This document shows, in pieces, positions 9,367 through 19,165 of a DNA stretch of 64,000 nucleotides. The position numbers and the translations under genes are program-made. Position 1 is the stretch's first letter. The number at the start of each line of letters is the position of its first letter. Source of the stretch: a virus; IMG/VR virus record IMGVR_UViG_3300020198_000006, positions 1 through 64,000 of that record. One strand, 5' to 3'. The notes under the pieces were generated by a model that was given only the letters and a program-made list of their open reading frames with translations, was not told the origin of the DNA and searched no databases.

Positions 9367-10533
9367 GTACTCTAAACTTTCTTTCTTAGGCACATCCTTT
9401 TCAAACTGATTAATTAAATCTCTCCAAGAATCTATTATGACAGACTCGTTAAAATCTTGGTGATTTTTTGGTAGAATTACATTCACCGACTTATCACCAA
9501 TTTTAATGCTTGTTTCTTCCAAAACATCCATGTTAAATTCTATTCCGTGCTTGGAACAATACATAAAAAATTCAAAAAATATTTTTGAATTAAAAATTTG
9601 GCCGATTTGTTCTTCCATTATTATTTGTTCTTTTTTATATGAATATGAATATTTACCTGTTTTACTTTTCTTGGTGTCAAATAAATTGGGCGACATATTT
9701 AAGAAAATCATATTAGATGGATTTGGAATATGGGTATTTTCATCAATATTTATTTGAACCAAAACCAAATAATCTATTCCCTTATCAGAATAATAAGATG
9801 TGTTGATAGATTTATAAATTACGTTTTCATCATAAATCCTTACGTTTTTTATCTGAAACTTTTTCTTTTTAGATGGTATTTTCTTTTCTATTGTGTACAA
9901 GTCCACACCATTTTTCATATCATCTGAGTTACCCCTTAATGATGAATTTCTAATTACATCATAACCGTTGGGATATTTTGTTTTTAGAAAAAACTCAACA
10001 GCGAGTTCACCAAATGTGCCGGCCGCCATTGTAAAAGTTGCAATTTCTAAAAGGTGATGTAAAATATCGTTCTTGGATACTTTACCCAAGTCCTTAAATA
10101 ATTTATCACCATAATAATATAACCAATTAAAATAATTTTTGAGCTCATCGTTAATAGATTGAACGTCTTCATTTTTGGGGTCAAAATCTATTAACTTAAC
10201 TTTTCTACCATCAACCTCCTCTATACCCTTAGAGAAAAAATCATTTGATATATTTTGATTTAGATATTGAACAATTATGTCCTGAATATCTGTGTGAGTG
10301 TTAAATTGGTTCACTGCAGACCAAGTTCTCTTAGGTGTTAAAACCCCCTCCGCGCCATTCTCCGTTACTCTACCATACTGACCATACTTTGAATAGAAAA
10401 CATCATAAATTACCCTCCAACTGCTCGTAAGGATACTTTTAGAGGTGTCGTATGGTTTTTTACCCACACAAATTCTATTGATTCCTTGTGAAAACCTACT
10501 TTTAGTATATTTAAATTTAAATTTTGATTTCAC
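9343..10533 (-). CDS. Hypothetical protein with a possible PD-(D/E)XK nuclease domain
   Basis: G..GELAVE ... DDMKNGVDL ... FQIK pattern; host-type promoter TATATTTG upstream. Confidence 0.45.
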   Translation of the reverse strand: MKSKFKFKYTKSRFSQGINRICVGKKPYDTSKSILTSSWRVIYDVFYSKYGQYGRVTENGAEGVLTPKRTWSAVNQFNTHTDIQDIIVQYLNQNISNDFFSKGIEEVDGRKVKLIDFDPKNEDVQSINDELKNYFNWLYYYGDKLFKDLGKVSKNDILHHLLEIATFTMAAGTFGELAVEFFLKTKYPNGYDVIRNSSLRGNSDDMKNGVDLYTIEKKIPSKKKKFQIKNVRIYDENVIYKSINTSYYSDKGIDYLVLVQINIDENTHIPNPSNMIFLNMSPNLFDTKKSKTGKYSYSYKKEQIIMEEQIGQIFNSKIFFEFFMYCSKHGIEFNMDVLEETSIKIGDKSVNVILPKNHQDFNESVIIDSWRDLINQFEKDVPKKESLEYLEELIKK

Positions 10534-10585
10534 GAAAAATACTTAATATCCAAATATACGGATATTTATAATAAAAAACAATAGA

Positions 10586-11704
10586 ATGTCATCTACAGTA
10601 ATAACTCAACCAGATAGAGAAAAACTTTACACAAAAATATTCCACCTTTTGGGTATGCCGGTTCGTGGAATTGAACTTACTGAAGAACAAATGGACACTT
10701 TTTTGGAGTTGTCTCTTTCTGAATACGAACAATATGTAAGCGATTGGTTAATCGAGTCTCAATGGTCGGCTTTGGCGGGGTTAAATGTGGATACACAATC
10801 ACTTACAAGGGCGTTTACAACAAGAAGTTTGGATTACGAAACTCAATATACCCATTCATATTCTAAAATTGTGGGTCTTCAAACAGGTGGTAATAGTGAA
10901 TTGAAAAAAGATTACATTTCATTGTCCGCAAATACACAAACTTATATAATACAGGCTGGTAGAGAAATTAACGAGTTACTATGGTTCTCAAGAGCAGAGT
11001 TGACCGACTCAATAGTTGACCCATTCTTAGGTGGATTTGGAGGTCTCGGTGGTGTTGCGTTTGGTGGGGTTGGTGGTTTTGCACAACAGGGTTCATCGGG
11101 TTCTTATTTTATGTTGCCAGCATATGATTTGTTATTAAGAATGCAAGATAGAAATATTAAGAACCGACTAATTGGTATGGATTTAACATACCGAATTACT
11201 GCGGGTCCTAATGGTACAAAATTATTGCACCTTTACAATGTACCCGGAGGTAGATTTGATTTCGGTTCAATAAAAAACAATCAAGCGAGAGTATGGTATT
11301 GGTACTATGATACCACATCTTTAGATACGTGTTTAAAGAAAAATAGTGGTATTGTTAAGTTACCCTCAGATGTTGAGATAGAAGAATTGACATGGGATAT
11401 GTTAAATAAGCCCGCACAAAACTGGGTTAGAAAGTATCTCATCACTTACGCCAAAGAAGGTCTTGCAAGAATTTGGGGTAAATTCTCAGGGGATTTACAA
11501 GTACCCGATAGTTCAATTAAACTGGACTATGCAACTTTACTTACCGAAGTAAAAGATGAAAGGTCAAAATTAGAAGAAGAACTTAAATTAAGACTTGAAA
11601 GACTTCGTCCAGAAAAAATTCTTGAGAGAAAGGGAAATGAGGCGGAGAATCTTAACAAAGCACTCAAGTATAGACCAATACAATCGCCATTTAACGTGAT
11701 TTAA
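10586..11704 (+). CDS. Neck / head-tail adaptor protein (gp13-like)
   Basis: LGMPVRGIELTEEQMD N-terminus and WVRKYLITYAKEGLARIWGKF C-terminal motif typical of gp13 family; late promoter at 10563. Confidence 0.8.
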   Translation: MSSTVITQPDREKLYTKIFHLLGMPVRGIELTEEQMDTFLELSLSEYEQYVSDWLIESQWSALAGLNVDTQSLTRAFTTRSLDYETQYTHSYSKIVGLQTGGNSELKKDYISLSANTQTYIIQAGREINELLWFSRAELTDSIVDPFLGGFGGLGGVAFGGVGGFAQQGSSGSYFMLPAYDLLLRMQDRNIKNRLIGMDLTYRITAGPNGTKLLHLYNVPGGRFDFGSIKNNQARVWYWYYDTTSLDTCLKKNSGIVKLPSDVEIEELTWDMLNKPAQNWVRKYLITYAKEGLARIWGKFSGDLQVPDSSIKLDYATLLTEVKDERSKLEEELKLRLERLRPEKILERKGNEAENLNKALKYRPIQSPFNVI

Positions 11705-14598
11705 ATTTCCACCGCATGGTATGCAAAGTCATTACCACTGGCTTGAATTATCTCGTCTTCGTTACTCTTTGTGCTGGCAGCTTGTAGATTTACAACCTTA
11801 CGATTGTGGTCCACCCAATACTTGTCAACTAAATCTATACTATTCTCCACATACATAAAGAATGGGTCTTTTTTAACTCTATTCCAAAAAATTACCTCAC
11901 TATCTGATAATGTCATAACCTCATCAAACTTATCTTGACCATCTTCTTTTAATGGTTGACCACCTATTAGTTCACATTGTGACTTTGTAAAATATTGTCT
12001 GTCTTTGGGGTCCTCAATTAAAATGTCCCCCCTTATATCAGGTTTGAAAACACAAAGTAATGATTCAATTCTTTTGTTGAATGTTGTCAAATATCTGGCG
12101 ACATTATAATCTCCCCTCATATTTGGATTGTTTTGAATATCCTTTTCAGAAATCATATAACAATTTATTTCCAAATAGTCGGGTGGCATTTGATAACCAT
12201 TAGTCGCAAAAAACTCTTCTTGTCTTTTTTTACTTGGATTAGAAACCTTTTGTACATCACCATCGGATTTATTTGTTCCATTGTTGACATAATAGATAGT
12301 CTCACCGAGACCCGCATGATAATTGTTTTGTAAAACTAATTCCATATGGGCTTGTCGAGACATCAATGAACCCGATTTAGTTGTCTTCTTAATATGTTTT
12401 TTATAATCGTCAACAGATTGTTTTACTCTCGCTTTGTTTGCAATCTTTGATAATGGTATTTCTTTATTAAAAATTTTCCCAACGTGTTGATAATATAACT
12501 CAACAAACGAAAGCCCATCACCATTTAAAAGAAGTTTTAAACCTTCGTCTAAAAATTCAACTATATATTCTTGTAATTTTTTTGACTTGATTGTGTTACC
12601 TGTAAGTTTAATAATTTCTTTACCTTTCTTAATTAGTTTGATAATGTAGTTCTTACGAGAAACATTAATACATGAAGGAGCGGTGTAGTCAATATCTAAA
12701 CCCATTTCATTTCTCATGAAGTGGTCATTGAACTCTGCGGTATCCGCCTCAAGACCTTTATATTTCTTTCCCAATTCAACTAATTCATTGTTTCCCTTAC
12801 CAACATAAACGTGAGCATCAATTGTGTCGGGCGTTTCAAAGTTCACACCATCCGTATCCATCACAAGTGGTTTGTACCCTTTTTTCATGAAAAACATAAT
12901 CATCATACGGAGACATTGACGACCTGTACAAGTAATTGTTTCACCCATGTTCATATCACCCCATGGAAATACTTGTGGAGCGGACAATGAACCGAAATAT
13001 GCATTGATAAAAATCTTAATTGGTAATTGTTTTCGGTCATACATCTCCGACTGTACGGGGTCACTTGACTTTAATTCTCCCGAAAGACGTTTGTATTTAA
13101 TACGAATGTTACGAAAATACTTCAACATCGATTTATGAACATTCATAACATCACAATCAGGAAACACATCATAAACCAGTTGAATTGATGGGTATAGTGA
13201 TGCATAGTCAAACTTAACAATGTTTTTAGCATAACCAACGTTTAATAAACGAGACAATCCACCTGTAATTGCTCGTTTATCATCTTTAATTGGAATTGCT
13301 AAATTATTTTCATACGACCACGCCAACATGATAATCTTCCATAGTGTGGCAGTGCCCATTGTGGCAATTCTTTCGTAAGTCGTTGGTACTAACTTTGAAA
13401 GTAGAAAAGTTGATTGTGAGAATGAATCATCAACAACCATGGTTTCATACAAGTCATCATCAAGGTATTGTTCAACAACCTTACGACCCGACCAAATCTC
13501 AAACTTACCTGGATACTTTTCAAGTAAACCTTCAGTTCCCGACTCACCAATCTTTTTATAGTTACCCGTTTTCGGATTCACGTAGTAACTTTCATTATCA
13601 AGATAGATTTTTGAAATCCATGCACCATCAACATATACACGATTTGGTTTTTCTTTTTCCAAATACTTTGTAATGTATTTCAATCCCCAAGATTTAATTT
13701 CAGAATTGATTGCTTGTGCTCTACGAACAGAGTGAGCAACATCAATTATATTAAACCCCCATATAACGTGTTGGGTATATGGTTCAACTTCATTGGCCAA
13801 TTTCAATACCCCTTCCTTTTCTTTTATTCCATGAGCGGTGAATATTTGTGTCAAATCATTCACGTCAATACCAAGAATGTGAGCTCTTTTTAAAATAAAT
13901 GGCCAATCAAAAGACGCAGAGTTATACCCACCAATAATTGTTGGTTTTACCTCTCTTATTAGTTCAAAAAACCCCTCGATACATTTTTTCTCACCATCTT
14001 CACCAAAGGCGGAAATAGTTCTTTGTAAACCGCGATTATCTTTTACTCCAATAAGGATTATCTCATTGGTTTCAGGTTCAAGACCGGTGGTTTCAATGTC
14101 AAATACAAATCTGTGAACACCCGAATAATCATCAATTCCCTTGAATAGTCTTTTCTTTTTTTGTATTAAAAATTGTTCAGCGGGTGAAAGTATTGTAAAG
14201 TATTGTTTTGTTTTCTCACCCCAAGGGTCTATACCACCTTGTCTAAAAAAGTTAACCAACTCGGTATATCCTTTAATAGATTTTATCAAGTAAGTCATAC
14301 CATTTTCAAGACGTTCATTACCATGAGTATCCAATTTTTCAATCATGATACCATACTCACCCATTTTCTTTTTCTGTAACGACTTGTTGTTTTGGTAAAA
14401 ATTTAATCCCGACAAATCCCCAACCCATAAAAATGGAACAAAAGTATCCGCCTTGATTATTTTACCCATTTCAGGGTCCTGTATAACCTTATAAATTCTA
14501 TTTGTTTTGTAGTCGTACTCGACCCCAACTATATATTCCTCTGGGTCCCAACCATTTAGAAAACTTTCTATGACTTCTTGTGAAATAACTTCTGACAT
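11701..14598 (-). CDS. Family B DNA polymerase
   Basis: Exonuclease FDIETTG, GYNS..FDWPF; polymerase DYASLYPS, K..INAYFG, MDTDG. Confidence 0.97.
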   Translation of the reverse strand: MSEVISQEVIESFLNGWDPEEYIVGVEYDYKTNRIYKVIQDPEMGKIIKADTFVPFLWVGDLSGLNFYQNNKSLQKKKMGEYGIMIEKLDTHGNERLENGMTYLIKSIKGYTELVNFFRQGGIDPWGEKTKQYFTILSPAEQFLIQKKKRLFKGIDDYSGVHRFVFDIETTGLEPETNEIILIGVKDNRGLQRTISAFGEDGEKKCIEGFFELIREVKPTIIGGYNSASFDWPFILKRAHILGIDVNDLTQIFTAHGIKEKEGVLKLANEVEPYTQHVIWGFNIIDVAHSVRRAQAINSEIKSWGLKYITKYLEKEKPNRVYVDGAWISKIYLDNESYYVNPKTGNYKKIGESGTEGLLEKYPGKFEIWSGRKVVEQYLDDDLYETMVVDDSFSQSTFLLSKLVPTTYERIATMGTATLWKIIMLAWSYENNLAIPIKDDKRAITGGLSRLLNVGYAKNIVKFDYASLYPSIQLVYDVFPDCDVMNVHKSMLKYFRNIRIKYKRLSGELKSSDPVQSEMYDRKQLPIKIFINAYFGSLSAPQVFPWGDMNMGETITCTGRQCLRMMIMFFMKKGYKPLVMDTDGVNFETPDTIDAHVYVGKGNNELVELGKKYKGLEADTAEFNDHFMRNEMGLDIDYTAPSCINVSRKNYIIKLIKKGKEIIKLTGNTIKSKKLQEYIVEFLDEGLKLLLNGDGLSFVELYYQHVGKIFNKEIPLSKIANKARVKQSVDDYKKHIKKTTKSGSLMSRQAHMELVLQNNYHAGLGETIYYVNNGTNKSDGDVQKVSNPSKKRQEEFFATNGYQMPPDYLEINCYMISEKDIQNNPNMRGDYNVARYLTTFNKRIESLLCVFKPDIRGDILIEDPKDRQYFTKSQCELIGGQPLKEDGQDKFDEVMTLSDSEVIFWNRVKKDPFFMYVENSIDLVDKYWVDHNRKVVNLQAASTKSNEDEIIQASGNDFAYHAVEI

Positions 14599-14658
14599 TT
14601 GATATTTTTTTAGTTTGACACATTAGCATATACCACTTGGTATAGTTTGTCTTACTAT

Positions 14659-14689
14659 CAAATATACAAAATTTTCAGAAAAAATCAAA
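14659..14689 (-). promoter_or_regulatory. Bacteroidota-type sigma70 promoter for DNA polymerase
   Basis: Minus strand TTTG (14689-14686), 19-nt spacer, TATATTTG (14666-14659), matching the TTTG / TAnnTTTG consensus. Confidence 0.65.
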
Positions 14690-15053
14690 ATATGGTGATG
14701 AACAATTTCTCCTTCACAGGAAGGATAAGCTTTGTTGTGGGATTTAAATTAGTGTCTAAAAATTGAACTGTAATCTTACCCTCGTACTTACCCACATTTG
14801 AGGTTTGAGATTCTTTAAATCTGTGAGTTATATAGTACTCATCTGTTGTTTGATTATATTTTTTGTCTCTTGTGGTTATATAACAAGTAGAACTTAATAT
14901 CTCAGGTTCACCATCTTCAATTTTAAACATATCAAAAGTAATGTTGGCGTTTTCCAATAAATCATTAAAAGACGATTTATCATTTTTTCCATCATCAATC
15001 ATTCTCATTTTCAAAATTGGGTCACTTGCTCCCTGTCTTATAAAAAATTCCAT
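14685..15053 (-). CDS. Small Ig-like virion protein (BppU N-terminal-like)
   Basis: MEFFIRQG...T...GKYEGKITVQF...ILP pattern; late promoter at 15058-15065. Confidence 0.5.
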   Translation of the reverse strand: MEFFIRQGASDPILKMRMIDDGKNDKSSFNDLLENANITFDMFKIEDGEPEILSSTCYITTRDKKYNQTTDEYYITHRFKESQTSNVGKYEGKITVQFLDTNLNPTTKLILPVKEKLFITIF

Positions 15054-15097
15054 ATTTTATAAATATTATTTACAATAAAAAATTGATAGATTTTTTA

Positions 15098-16933
15098 TCA
15101 AACACAATCAAATAAATTAGAACATGATTGTATACCACCAGTCACAATTACACCAGGGTTAGCTACCGGGGTTGTAGAAGAACAACGTGAAATCGTTCCA
15201 CCTGCGGATAGGTTGAAAGAAATTAGTTGTTGAGTCGCACAATCAGTATATGTAAAATACTCAGGTGAACTAGTGGTGTTATTTGCTGTATAACAGAAAC
15301 ATGGAATTGATTGTGTAATTGTGGGGGTTGGAGTTGGTGTCTGAGTAGAAGTTATTGTTGGTGTTGCAGTTGGTGTGCTAGTGACTGTTGGTGTACTTGT
15401 TATTGTTGGTGTTATAGTTGGAGTACTAGTAATTGTTGTACTCGCAGTTATTGTTGGTGTAGATGTGAGTGTTGGGGTCTTTGTAAATGTTGGGGTCGGT
15501 GTGGTAGTTAAACCCGGAGTTATCGACGGTGTGGGGGTAACGGTTCTCGTTGGTGTCGGAGTAGGAGTGGGGGTTAATACAACACCTGTAACCGTGTCAG
15601 AACATCCCGAAACACAATCAACAATTGTGTAACTTGGTCTTATTCGTGTTATGTGATGATGTCTTACATGTACAAAATTTAAAGGTTCTTGAAAGTATTT
15701 TACTCTCTTGATATTAAAACAACAAACACCATTGTGTATACCCCCACCATAAAGACTACCCATACCCCAAGATTGGATAAATGGTTGGACACCTCTTTTT
15801 GATGGTACTATTTCTTCAAAATTTTCATATTTGTAAATTGGACGACCGTTAAGATAAATCTTTAAAACACCCAATCTTCTATGCCTTTCTAACGCCCATT
15901 TCTTTATTAATTCTTCTTCTTCTGTATAGATTGTAGTTTGAGTTGAGGTGATAGAACTTCCTGTTGGTGGAGTGTATGGTATTGTTTTGACACCCGGTAT
16001 TAAATCGTTCCAACCACCATCGTTTTCAACATTACAATCTGATAAGTGTCTATATCTATCAAATGTAATTGTGATATTAAAATCTTGTGAAGTACCACTC
16101 AAGCATAGTTGTGGTGTACTACCCGTTAAAGTGTAATAACCACTTTCAAAACCCGAATTTCCACAATAACCGGAGTAGTGAACAGATTTCCAAACTATTC
16201 TTCTGTCTGTTGAAAATGAAAAGGATAGATTATTATCCGCATAACCTGCTATGGGTGAATCGCCTCTTGTTCCAAAATAATAAAAAACACCGCCACTTGA
16301 CCAGGTTAGATTTTCTCTATTGAACACCATATCGATTGTCCAACCTTTTTCGGGTCTTCTATCAAATAAAAATTCACACTTATTTGCCCCGCCGCCATGA
16401 TTGAATTGATATGCCCAAGGTTTACAATTTAGAATTGGGTCTGTTGGACAACAATTATTTGCGTTGGCCAAGTTATCCACACACCCAAGTTTTACCCCTG
16501 TAAATCCCGTAATATTTAAAGAATATAGATTTAACGACGGTTGATTATATCCTATAATTTTAAAATAGTGTTTTTTTCCGTATGTATCAATAAACTCATA
16601 AACATCATTGTCCAAAATGGTATCAAGGTTGTTCATGTGAGTGTGAAACGTTACAAATGGTAACGACCATGTGAATCCTGAATATGGGTAATTGGGGTCG
16701 TTTACCCTGTTATCTATTTCATGTAAAATAATGGTTTCTTTGGAACACCCCAACCCCGTAAGTCCTGTGGTATTTATTTTTAGTGAGTTATACACTATTG
16801 GTGTATTAAAATCCAAAACATCATCATCGTAGTCTGTTTCAGTTTTACCAACTTCATAATCGTAAAATTCTGACGAATCTATCTTTAGGTCGAACTTTGA
16901 CCCTATAAATTTAAGTATATTCTCACTGTTCAT
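15098..16933 (-). CDS. Virion protein with lectin/LamG-like domain and Thr/Pro-rich linker
   Basis: LKIYLNGR, FNITITFDRY; ~85-aa TPT repeat linker; Cys-rich C-terminal domain. Confidence 0.6.
   Translation of the reverse strand: MNSENILKFIGSKFDLKIDSSEFYDYEVGKTETDYDDDVLDFNTPIVYNSLKINTTGLTGLGCSKETIILHEIDNRVNDPNYPYSGFTWSLPFVTFHTHMNNLDTILDNDVYEFIDTYGKKHYFKIIGYNQPSLNLYSLNITGFTGVKLGCVDNLANANNCCPTDPILNCKPWAYQFNHGGGANKCEFLFDRRPEKGWTIDMVFNRENLTWSSGGVFYYFGTRGDSPIAGYADNNLSFSFSTDRRIVWKSVHYSGYCGNSGFESGYYTLTGSTPQLCLSGTSQDFNITITFDRYRHLSDCNVENDGGWNDLIPGVKTIPYTPPTGSSITSTQTTIYTEEEELIKKWALERHRRLGVLKIYLNGRPIYKYENFEEIVPSKRGVQPFIQSWGMGSLYGGGIHNGVCCFNIKRVKYFQEPLNFVHVRHHHITRIRPSYTIVDCVSGCSDTVTGVVLTPTPTPTPTRTVTPTPSITPGLTTTPTPTFTKTPTLTSTPTITASTTITSTPTITPTITSTPTVTSTPTATPTITSTQTPTPTPTITQSIPCFCYTANNTTSSPEYFTYTDCATQQLISFNLSAGGTISRCSSTTPVANPGVIVTGGIQSCSNLFDCV
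15315..15575 (-). repeat. Thr-Pro low-complexity repeat within the 611-aa CDS
   Basis: TPTPTPTPTRTVTPTPSITP...TSTPTITPTITSTPT. Confidence 0.85.
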
Positions 16934-16940
16934 ATTATTA

Positions 16941-16972
16941 ATAAATATCTTTTCCTTATTTTGATATTTATA
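16941..16972. promoter_or_regulatory. Divergent pair of late-promoter motifs (TATTTAT)
   Basis: ATAAATA at 16941-16947 (faces the 16933 gene) and TATTTATA at 16965-16972 (faces the 16989 gene). Confidence 0.6.
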
Positions 16973-16988
16973 TAAAAAATGGTATTAA

Positions 16989-17732
16989 ATGGATAAATAC
17001 ATAAAAAATATTATTGAAGAGACCTTTGCGTCAAAAAAACAACAAAGGTTTTTTTACGCTCAAGCCGCCAAAGGTGGTAAAAAGGGTAAAAAATGGGCTA
17101 AGTGGGCTAAGGAATTCTCAAGTAAAACCGATTTTGATAAAATACCCGATGAAGTTGAAGAAAAGGAGATTGATGAGATTGTGGATGAAAAAGGTAATAT
17201 TTCAAGAAAAAAAGTACCCGTAAGTAAGGATAGCAAGGGTAATACCAAAAAAACCACAGACCAAGTGGTAAAAACTGGTGGTGGGTCTATGGGTATACAT
17301 GGTGTACATGGTACTCACACTTCTTTAAGATATTGGGCCGAAGCGGACATGAGTAAGGCTTTGGGATATGAAAAAACATTAGGTCAAGATGCGGATAAAG
17401 AAGATGCTGAAGATTATTTTGAAAAAGAATTGGGGATGAGTGAACCTGAAACCGATGAAAGACTTTCATCATACGGATATGATGAAAAACTAGAGGGGGA
17501 CAAAGTTAGATTAATTGAAAACCCCAAAAAGTATATTCAAGATTATGTAGAAAGTATTTTAATAAAAAAATCTAAAAGCGGAGATTTGGTAAATAAAGAC
17601 CAAACGGAAAGTGTTGATAAAGAACTTAATCCGATTATAAAAAAACAAATCGAAGCGCTTAAAAACACATTAGTAAAGAATAATCTTTCAGTAAAAGATA
17701 TTCTTAAACTTTTAGACAAAGACGATGAATAA
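16989..17732 (+). CDS. Hypothetical late protein, probable head-internal protein
   Basis: 247-aa ORF, IIEETFASKKQQRFFYA motif, late promoter upstream. Confidence 0.55.
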   Translation: MDKYIKNIIEETFASKKQQRFFYAQAAKGGKKGKKWAKWAKEFSSKTDFDKIPDEVEEKEIDEIVDEKGNISRKKVPVSKDSKGNTKKTTDQVVKTGGGSMGIHGVHGTHTSLRYWAEADMSKALGYEKTLGQDADKEDAEDYFEKELGMSEPETDERLSSYGYDEKLEGDKVRLIENPKKYIQDYVESILIKKSKSGDLVNKDQTESVDKELNPIIKKQIEALKNTLVKNNLSVKDILKLLDKDDE

Positions 17733-18222
17733 AGATTTAAAAGGTAGAGTTTTTAATGTACCCCAAGATATTTTGGATAAAATAAACCAAACAGTTTATG
17801 GTTTAAATGGTCAGAATGTGTATGGGATTCAAAGAGCAAAAAAACTTTTACAAGATAAATCTGTAAAGTATGGTCAATTAAAAAGGATTATCCATGATAT
17901 CCAAAATTTGGATAAAACAAAAGACCAAGTAAAATATAATTTATGTGGTGGTGAGTTAATGGAAAAATGGGCAATGACCCATTTACAAGGTGAAAGAGAC
18001 TTAATCAAAGGAAACAAAGCGTCGAGAAAAAATGCAAATGAGATGTCGGGATTAACGGGAGAAAGAAAAAATAGTTATTTAAAATCCCACTCAAAAAAAT
18101 TTAGTTTTAAAATTCCAACAAATCTTGTTAAAAGTAATTCACATAAAACAAGTATATCACCGATAACATCATTGGGTTTATTTGAAGAACTTGAAAAAAT
18201 AAAGAAATTAATATCTTATTAA
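17725..18222 (+). CDS. Hypothetical protein
   Basis: 165-aa ORF overlapping the upstream stop; C-terminal EELEKIKKLI motif. Confidence 0.6.
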   Translation: MNKDLKGRVFNVPQDILDKINQTVYGLNGQNVYGIQRAKKLLQDKSVKYGQLKRIIHDIQNLDKTKDQVKYNLCGGELMEKWAMTHLQGERDLIKGNKASRKNANEMSGLTGERKNSYLKSHSKKFSFKIPTNLVKSNSHKTSISPITSLGLFEELEKIKKLISY

Positions 18223-18223
18223 T

Positions 18224-19165
18224 ATGCCAACTCAATTAGAGATAATCGCAGAACAACAAAGACAAATTCATATTGCCAAAAACGGGTATAATCCTAATGA
18301 AATTTATAGTTCAAGTAGTAGGAATGCAATTTCAGATGGTGATGAAAAGGGAAAAGGTGAACTAAATGGTAGTATTGGTTCTAAAACAGACATTATAGAA
18401 AGAAACGCCTCATTTGCAAGAAACATATATAATCCATTAGGTGGATATGATTCAAATCACCCAAATGCATTATCAACGGGAGATGAAAAGGGAAAAGGTG
18501 AAAATACTGGCGCCATTGGAAGTTCTGTTGACATTAATATGAGAAATACATCACTATCAAGAAACATATACAATTATAATTTTGGATATGGTGTAAACAA
18601 CCCAAATGCATTATCAACGGGAGATGAAAAGGGAAAAGGTGAACTAAATGGTAGTATTGGTTCAAACACCGATATAAACGAAAGAAATACATCATTTGCA
18701 AGAAACATATATAATTCAAACACGGGTTACGATTCAAATCATCCAAATGCGTTATCGACAGGTGATGAAAAAGGTAAAGGAGAATTGAATAATAATATTG
18801 GTGGATTAACAGATATAAATCAAAGAACTACATTGATAGCAAGAAACATATATAATAATGTTTCTCAGTATGACTCTAACCATCCAAATGCGTTATCGAC
18901 AGGTGATGAAAAAGGTAAAGGAGAATTGAATAATAATATTGGTGGATTAACAGATATAAATCAAAGAACCGATTTATTTGGTAGAAACATTTATAATAAA
19001 ATTTTTGAATACTCATCAGTAAATCCGAACGCCATTTCTGATGGTGATGAAAAGGGAAGAGGTGAAAATAATAATTCTGTGGGTACAAGAACAGATATAA
19101 ATGAAAGAGTTGTGTCTGTTGCAAGAAATAGATATAAAGATTCTAACACATATCCTGATTTTTAA
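18224..19165 (+). CDS. Tandem-repeat protein (six 47-aa GDEKGKGE repeats)
   Basis: Repeat RNIYN....Y....PNALS.GDEKGKGE....IG..TDIN.R at 141-nt period. Confidence 0.8.
   Translation: MPTQLEIIAEQQRQIHIAKNGYNPNEIYSSSSRNAISDGDEKGKGELNGSIGSKTDIIERNASFARNIYNPLGGYDSNHPNALSTGDEKGKGENTGAIGSSVDINMRNTSLSRNIYNYNFGYGVNNPNALSTGDEKGKGELNGSIGSNTDINERNTSFARNIYNSNTGYDSNHPNALSTGDEKGKGELNNNIGGLTDINQRTTLIARNIYNNVSQYDSNHPNALSTGDEKGKGELNNNIGGLTDINQRTDLFGRNIYNKIFEYSSVNPNAISDGDEKGRGENNNSVGTRTDINERVVSVARNRYKDSNTYPDF

Noticed and set aside
11701-14598. Intein or intron in DNA polymerase (also checked terminase and helicase)
   Set aside because: Motifs are contiguous with normal spacing; no Cys/Ser...His-Asn splice ends or LAGLIDADG motifs seen
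18224-19165. Possible CRISPR-like or DGR repeat array at DNA level
   Set aside because: The period is 141 nt, in frame, with synonymous variation; it is a protein repeat, and no reverse transcriptase is present
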